Below are positions 59,825-64,000 of a stretch of DNA of 64,000 nt, in pieces; position 1 is the first letter of the stretch, and the number at the start of each line of letters is the position of its first letter. The stretch is taken from NCBI GenBank assembly GCA_049325335.1, contig JBMOMC010000037.1, forward strand, positions 13,487 through 77,486. The letters run 5' to 3'. This DNA is from Nitrospirota bacterium. Its GTDB lineage: Bacteria; Nitrospirota; Nitrospiria; 2-01-FULL-66-17. The notes beneath the pieces were generated by a model that had not been told where the DNA came from, did not search any database, and was given only the letters and a program-made list of their open reading frames with translations. Both the position numbers and the translations under genes were made by a program.

Positions 59825-61990
59825 ATGGCGTCCACCCACCCTGAATCAGCCGCCGCGTCGATCGACGACATCATCGCCAACATCACGGCCTACAACCCCC
59901 AGGCGCCGGTGGACGTGTTGCGCCGCGCGTACGACGTCTCGGCCAAGGCGCACGACGGCCAATTACGCAAGTCCGGCGAGCCGTATGTGATGCACCCGCT
60001 CGCGGTCGCGGAGATCCTCACCGCGCTTCGGATGGACGTGCCCTCGATCGTCGCGGGCCTGCTGCACGACACGGTCGAAGACACCCTGATGCCGCGCGAA
60101 ACCATCGAGCAGCAGTTCGGCGCCGACGTGATGAAACTCGTGGACGGCGTCACCAAGATCGGCAAAATTCGGTTCAAGAGCTACGAAGAAAAGCAGGCTG
60201 AAAATTTCCGCAAGATGATCTTGTCCATGGCCGAGGACATCCGCGTGGTCCTCATCAAACTGGCCGACCGCCTGCACAACATGCGCACCTTGAGCGTGCT
60301 GCGCCCGGACAAACAACAACGCATCGCGCGCGAAACCATCGAAATCTACGCGCCCCTGGCCAACCGGCTCGGCATCGGCTGGATGAAAAACGAGTTGGAA
60401 GATCTGTGCTTCAAGTACCTGAAGTCAGAGGCGCACCAAGATTTGGTGGGCAAGGTCGCCAAACAGCTCGCGGAACGGCAGCGCTACGTGGACTCGGTCA
60501 TCGAGAAGGTCAAAGCCGCCATGGCCGAATACGGATTCGTCGGCACGGTCTTTGGCCGTCCCAAACACCTGTACGGCATTTACTCCAAGATGGAACGGCG
60601 CGAGATCCCGTTCGAAGAAGTCTACGACCTCATCGGCATCCGCATCATCGCCGACACCAAGCTCGCCTGCTACGGCATCCTGGGCATGATCCACTCGCTC
60701 TGGAAACCCGTGCCCGGACGTTTTAAGGATTACATCGGCGTCCCCAAGTCCAACCTCTATCAGTCGTTGCACACCACCGTGGTCGGTCCGCAGGGCGAGC
60801 ACGTGGAGTTTCAGATCCGCACCGAAGAGATGCACCGCATCGCGGAAGAAGGCATCGCGGCGCACTGGCGGTACAAAGAACACGGGCAGATCGACGAAAA
60901 GGACAATCGGCTGTTCGCGTGGCTGCGACAACTCGTGGAATGGCAGAAAGACCTGACCGACAACCGTCAGTTCCTCAACTCGATCAAGATGGACCTGTTC
61001 ACCGACGTGATCTACGTGTTCACGCCCAAGGGCGACGTGATCGAGTTGGTCAAGGGCGCCACACCGATCGATCTGGCCTACGCGGTGCACACCGAGGTGG
61101 GGCACCACTGTACCGGCGCCAAGATCAACGGCAAGCTCGCTCCGCTCAAGAGCGTGATCAAAAGCGGCGACACGGTGGAGATCGTCACCTCCCCCAACCA
61201 GACCCCGTCCAAAGACTGGCTCAAGATCGCCAAAACGCCCAAGGCCAAGACCCGCATCAAACACTGGATCAAACTCGAAGAGCACAAGCAGGGGCTGGAA
61301 ATCGGCCGACGCCTCTTGGAGCGCGAGTTGCGGCGCAACCACCTCAGCCCCAACGAAGTGTTCAAGTCCGAGACCTTGCTGTCGGTGGCGACCGACAGCG
61401 GACTGGCCTCGGTCGATGACCTGCTGGTTGCGCTCAGCTACGGCCGTGTGTCGATCAATCACGTTCTCAATCGTCTGCTCCCGGAATCCACGCTCAAAGA
61501 AGGGCTCACCGACAAGCTCCTGACCACCATCGGCAAGCAGCCGCGCGGCGTGACGATCAAGGGCGTCAACGACATCATGATCAACCTGGCCAAGTGCTGC
61601 AATCCGGTGCCGGGCGACAAGATCCTGGGATTCATCACGCGCGGCCGCGGACTATCCATCCACGCCGCGGACTGCCCGAACGTGGACGAACTGGACTACG
61701 ACCGAGACCGGATCGTGGAAGTGGATTGGGACATCAAAAACATTGCGACCCACCCGGTCAAGGTCTCGGTCATCACGCAAGACCGTCCCGGTATGCTCGC
61801 CAAAATTTCCGCCGCCATCAGCGCGGGCGACGCCAACATCAGCCACGCCGAAGTCACCACCACGGACGAGAAAAAGGCCGTGTTCCACTTCGTGGTCGAG
61901 GTACGGGACACCAGCCACCTCGACAAGGTATTTAAAGGCATCGGAGCGGTGGAAGGCGTGATCCAGTGCCGCCGCGCCCGCCGAGGCTAA
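59825..61990 (+). CDS. rel: Bifunctional (p)ppGpp synthetase/hydrolase (long RSH)
   Basis: Intact HD (LLHDTVED), RFKDYI, YQSLHT, EFQIRT, TGS (VFTPKGD), CC motif and ACT domain. Confidence 0.96.
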   Translation: MASTHPESAAASIDDIIANITAYNPQAPVDVLRRAYDVSAKAHDGQLRKSGEPYVMHPLAVAEILTALRMDVPSIVAGLLHDTVEDTLMPRETIEQQFGADVMKLVDGVTKIGKIRFKSYEEKQAENFRKMILSMAEDIRVVLIKLADRLHNMRTLSVLRPDKQQRIARETIEIYAPLANRLGIGWMKNELEDLCFKYLKSEAHQDLVGKVAKQLAERQRYVDSVIEKVKAAMAEYGFVGTVFGRPKHLYGIYSKMERREIPFEEVYDLIGIRIIADTKLACYGILGMIHSLWKPVPGRFKDYIGVPKSNLYQSLHTTVVGPQGEHVEFQIRTEEMHRIAEEGIAAHWRYKEHGQIDEKDNRLFAWLRQLVEWQKDLTDNRQFLNSIKMDLFTDVIYVFTPKGDVIELVKGATPIDLAYAVHTEVGHHCTGAKINGKLAPLKSVIKSGDTVEIVTSPNQTPSKDWLKIAKTPKAKTRIKHWIKLEEHKQGLEIGRRLLERELRRNHLSPNEVFKSETLLSVATDSGLASVDDLLVALSYGRVSINHVLNRLLPESTLKEGLTDKLLTTIGKQPRGVTIKGVNDIMINLAKCCNPVPGDKILGFITRGRGLSIHAADCPNVDELDYDRDRIVEVDWDIKNIATHPVKVSVITQDRPGMLAKISAAISAGDANISHAEVTTTDEKKAVFHFVVEVRDTSHLDKVFKGIGAVEGVIQCRRARRG

Positions 61991-62041
61991 GACGACCGAT
62001 CGGAAATACCACAATGAGTTACTCGCCGATAGGCTATTCCC

Positions 62042-62923
62042 TTGTATGACGGCCCGAACAACGGAGCGAGGAACCCGTCGCCCCCCATCCCGATTGAAGA
62101 AGCGGCCTGCGCCCTTTGCGGTAGTGTTGAGCGCACGCTTGCTTATAGTGGGTTTGAGCCGTATGCGGTCGTGCGTTGCAGCACATGCGGCTTCTATTAC
62201 CTTTCACCTCGACCGACGCCTGACGCGCTACGGCAACTCTATGACGACGACCGCTACTTCGAAGGAGAGGGCAACGGCTATATAAGCTACGACGAACAGG
62301 AAACGGCGTTGAGAGCCACGTTCTCTGGCCTACTCCGGCACATGCAAACACATGGGCTGACCGGCGGAGCTTTGTTGGATATTGGCTGCGGGTACGGCTA
62401 TCTCCTTGAACAGGCCAAGGGATTGTATCGGATCCGAATTGGGACTGATTTTTCTTCGCGAGCGGTCAAACGCGCTGGCGCTGTGGCCGATCGAGTCTAC
62501 AAGGGGGGACTTGACCGCGTTCCTCAGGAAGAGCGGTTCGACTGTGTTGTTGCACTCCACGTCATTGAACATCTCGTGGATCCGAGCCGGTTTGTGGCAC
62601 AGGCCATCCGTCACCTGACGCCTACCGGTGCCCTGGTGGTCGCAACGCCGGATATGAATAGCTTCTGGCGGCGTCTCATGGGCCGCCGGTGGCCGTCGTT
62701 TAAAATTCCCGAACACGTCCAGTTCTTCAACCGGCAGACCCTGACCACTCTGCTCAAGAGCGCCGGCCTCGCCGATGTGCGTCCGATTCCGTACCCCCAT
62801 GCCTTCCCCCTTTCATTGGTCGCGTCCAAACTGCATTGGCGTGTCCCTCCGGCCCTCGGTCAGCTCACCGTATGGCTTCCAGCCACAACCGTCGCAGTCG
62901 TCGGACGAATCTCCCGTGGCTGA
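62042..62923 (+). CDS. Class I SAM-dependent methyltransferase with N-terminal Zn-ribbon
   Basis: CALC...CSTCG, LLDIGCGYG, HVIEHL, ATPD. Start is uncertain. Confidence 0.87.
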   Translation: MYDGPNNGARNPSPPIPIEEAACALCGSVERTLAYSGFEPYAVVRCSTCGFYYLSPRPTPDALRQLYDDDRYFEGEGNGYISYDEQETALRATFSGLLRHMQTHGLTGGALLDIGCGYGYLLEQAKGLYRIRIGTDFSSRAVKRAGAVADRVYKGGLDRVPQEERFDCVVALHVIEHLVDPSRFVAQAIRHLTPTGALVVATPDMNSFWRRLMGRRWPSFKIPEHVQFFNRQTLTTLLKSAGLADVRPIPYPHAFPLSLVASKLHWRVPPALGQLTVWLPATTVAVVGRISRG

Positions 62924-63893
62924 GACCAGCATCCCGCCCCCGTTATTTTCCGTGGTGGTACCAGTCTACTGCGAGGCCTCTTGTTTGGAGACTTCCCTAG
63001 ACGCCATTGCTCGTGAAGCAGGAACGCTCAACGAACGATTCGAAATCATTGTGGTGGATGATGGTTCGACCGATGATACGTGGGCGGTGTTGCATAGGAT
63101 CTCGATCCGTTTGCCTTTCGTAGGTGGGATCAGCTTCAGCAGGAATTTCGGTAAGGACGCGGCGATTGCGGCTGGCATCGAGTCGGCCCGGGGACAGGCG
63201 GTCATCGTCATGGACGCGGACTTACAACACCCCCCCGAGCTCATTCCCGTCATGCTGCGTCTTTGGCGGGAATCTGGGGCTGACGTCGTGGACGCAGTAA
63301 AAACTTACTCGAACCGGGAGTCGCTGGCAAAGCGACTGCGGGCCATGATCTTCTACACTCTACTGAGCAGATTGTCTGCGTACGACCTGACGGGCTCATC
63401 GGATTATAAGCTCTTGGATCGGCGTGTCGTCGACGCCTGGTTACGCTTGGATGAGCGCAGCCTCTTTTTTCGGGGACTCACGGCCTGGATGGGATTCCGG
63501 CACGTTCGGGTTCCGTTCATCGTACCGGAACGGGTTAGCGGTCAGACACGATGGAGCGTCTATCGGCTGATTAAACTCGCGGCCACGGCTGTAACCGCAT
63601 TTTCATCGCTGCCACTCCATCTGATTACGATCACGGGCATAGGGTTTTTTGCCTTTGCTGTCGTACTCGGTATTCAGACCCTTCTTGTTAAGTTTCATGG
63701 TGATGCGGTGAGTGGATTCGCCACTGTCATCATCCTCTTACTCATAATCGGAAGTGCGTTAATGATCGGATTGGGAATTATCGGAGAATATTTATCTCGG
63801 ATTTACATCGAGGTCAAACACCGACCGCGGTACATAGTCGCAGCGACAATGAGTGCCTCAGGAATAAATCCATCGAGTCAATCCCATTTTTAG
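62916..63893 (+). CDS. GT2 polyprenol-phosphate glycosyltransferase (GtrB/ArnC-like)
   Basis: SVVVPVYCE, VDDGSTD, FSRNFGK, MDADLQHPPE, two C-terminal TM helices, GIIGEYLSRIYIEVKHRPRY. Confidence 0.92.
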   Translation: MAETSIPPPLFSVVVPVYCEASCLETSLDAIAREAGTLNERFEIIVVDDGSTDDTWAVLHRISIRLPFVGGISFSRNFGKDAAIAAGIESARGQAVIVMDADLQHPPELIPVMLRLWRESGADVVDAVKTYSNRESLAKRLRAMIFYTLLSRLSAYDLTGSSDYKLLDRRVVDAWLRLDERSLFFRGLTAWMGFRHVRVPFIVPERVSGQTRWSVYRLIKLAATAVTAFSSLPLHLITITGIGFFAFAVVLGIQTLLVKFHGDAVSGFATVIILLLIIGSALMIGLGIIGEYLSRIYIEVKHRPRYIVAATMSASGINPSSQSHF

Positions 63894-64000
63894 TTGAGAT
63901 TCGATCGCGGCTCCTGTGTGATCCCTATGCTGCGTGCACGGTGGTCTCGGTGGCCGAGGCCGCTCGCCGGAGCAAGGCGGCCCGCAACTGGGGCAAGGCC

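Noticed and set aside
63894..64000. Possible start of another CDS at the window end
   Set aside because: Too short to support a call.

Overview
GC-rich bacterial chromosomal window; gene content and style suggest an uncultured Gram-negative, possibly Nitrospirota-like, which is an inference. 1-4.6 kb: c-di-GMP signalling genes (membrane GGDEF, REC-PAS-GGDEF-EAL), a 51-aa membrane peptide and a 139-bp duplicated piece of the neighbouring VOC gene. 4.7-35 kb: mostly housekeeping (yaeQ, ABC-F, ilvD, prs, tRNA-Lys/Glu, purA, engB, oligopeptide ABC ATPases, trpS, site-2 protease, LpoA-like protein, amidase, truA, a beta-oxidation operon running into a GAF kinase and a PilZ protein, yqgE) plus a MauG-type di-heme enzyme/cupredoxin pair. 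35-58 kb: a largely lower-GC surface-glycan and surface-protein locus with cysC, GT2s, a sulfotransferase-coiled coil-GT2-GT2 fusion, wzm/wzt, a MarR-type regulator with two palindromic operators, a methyltransferase, two paralogous sulfotransferases, a radical SAM enzyme with an N-terminal SPASM/Twitch-like domain, a subtilase and an 8x DUF11 protein that share a Cys-containing tandem C-terminal domain, and a divergent TMTC-like GT-C/TPR gene. 58-64 kb: recJ, rel, a methyltransferase and a GtrB-like GT2. The best candidate novel system is sulfate-capped, ABC-exported glycan synthesis linked to glycosylated DUF11/S8 surface proteins. No CRISPR array, rRNA, integrase or transposase was seen. 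All calls are by eye from motifs; no searches were run.
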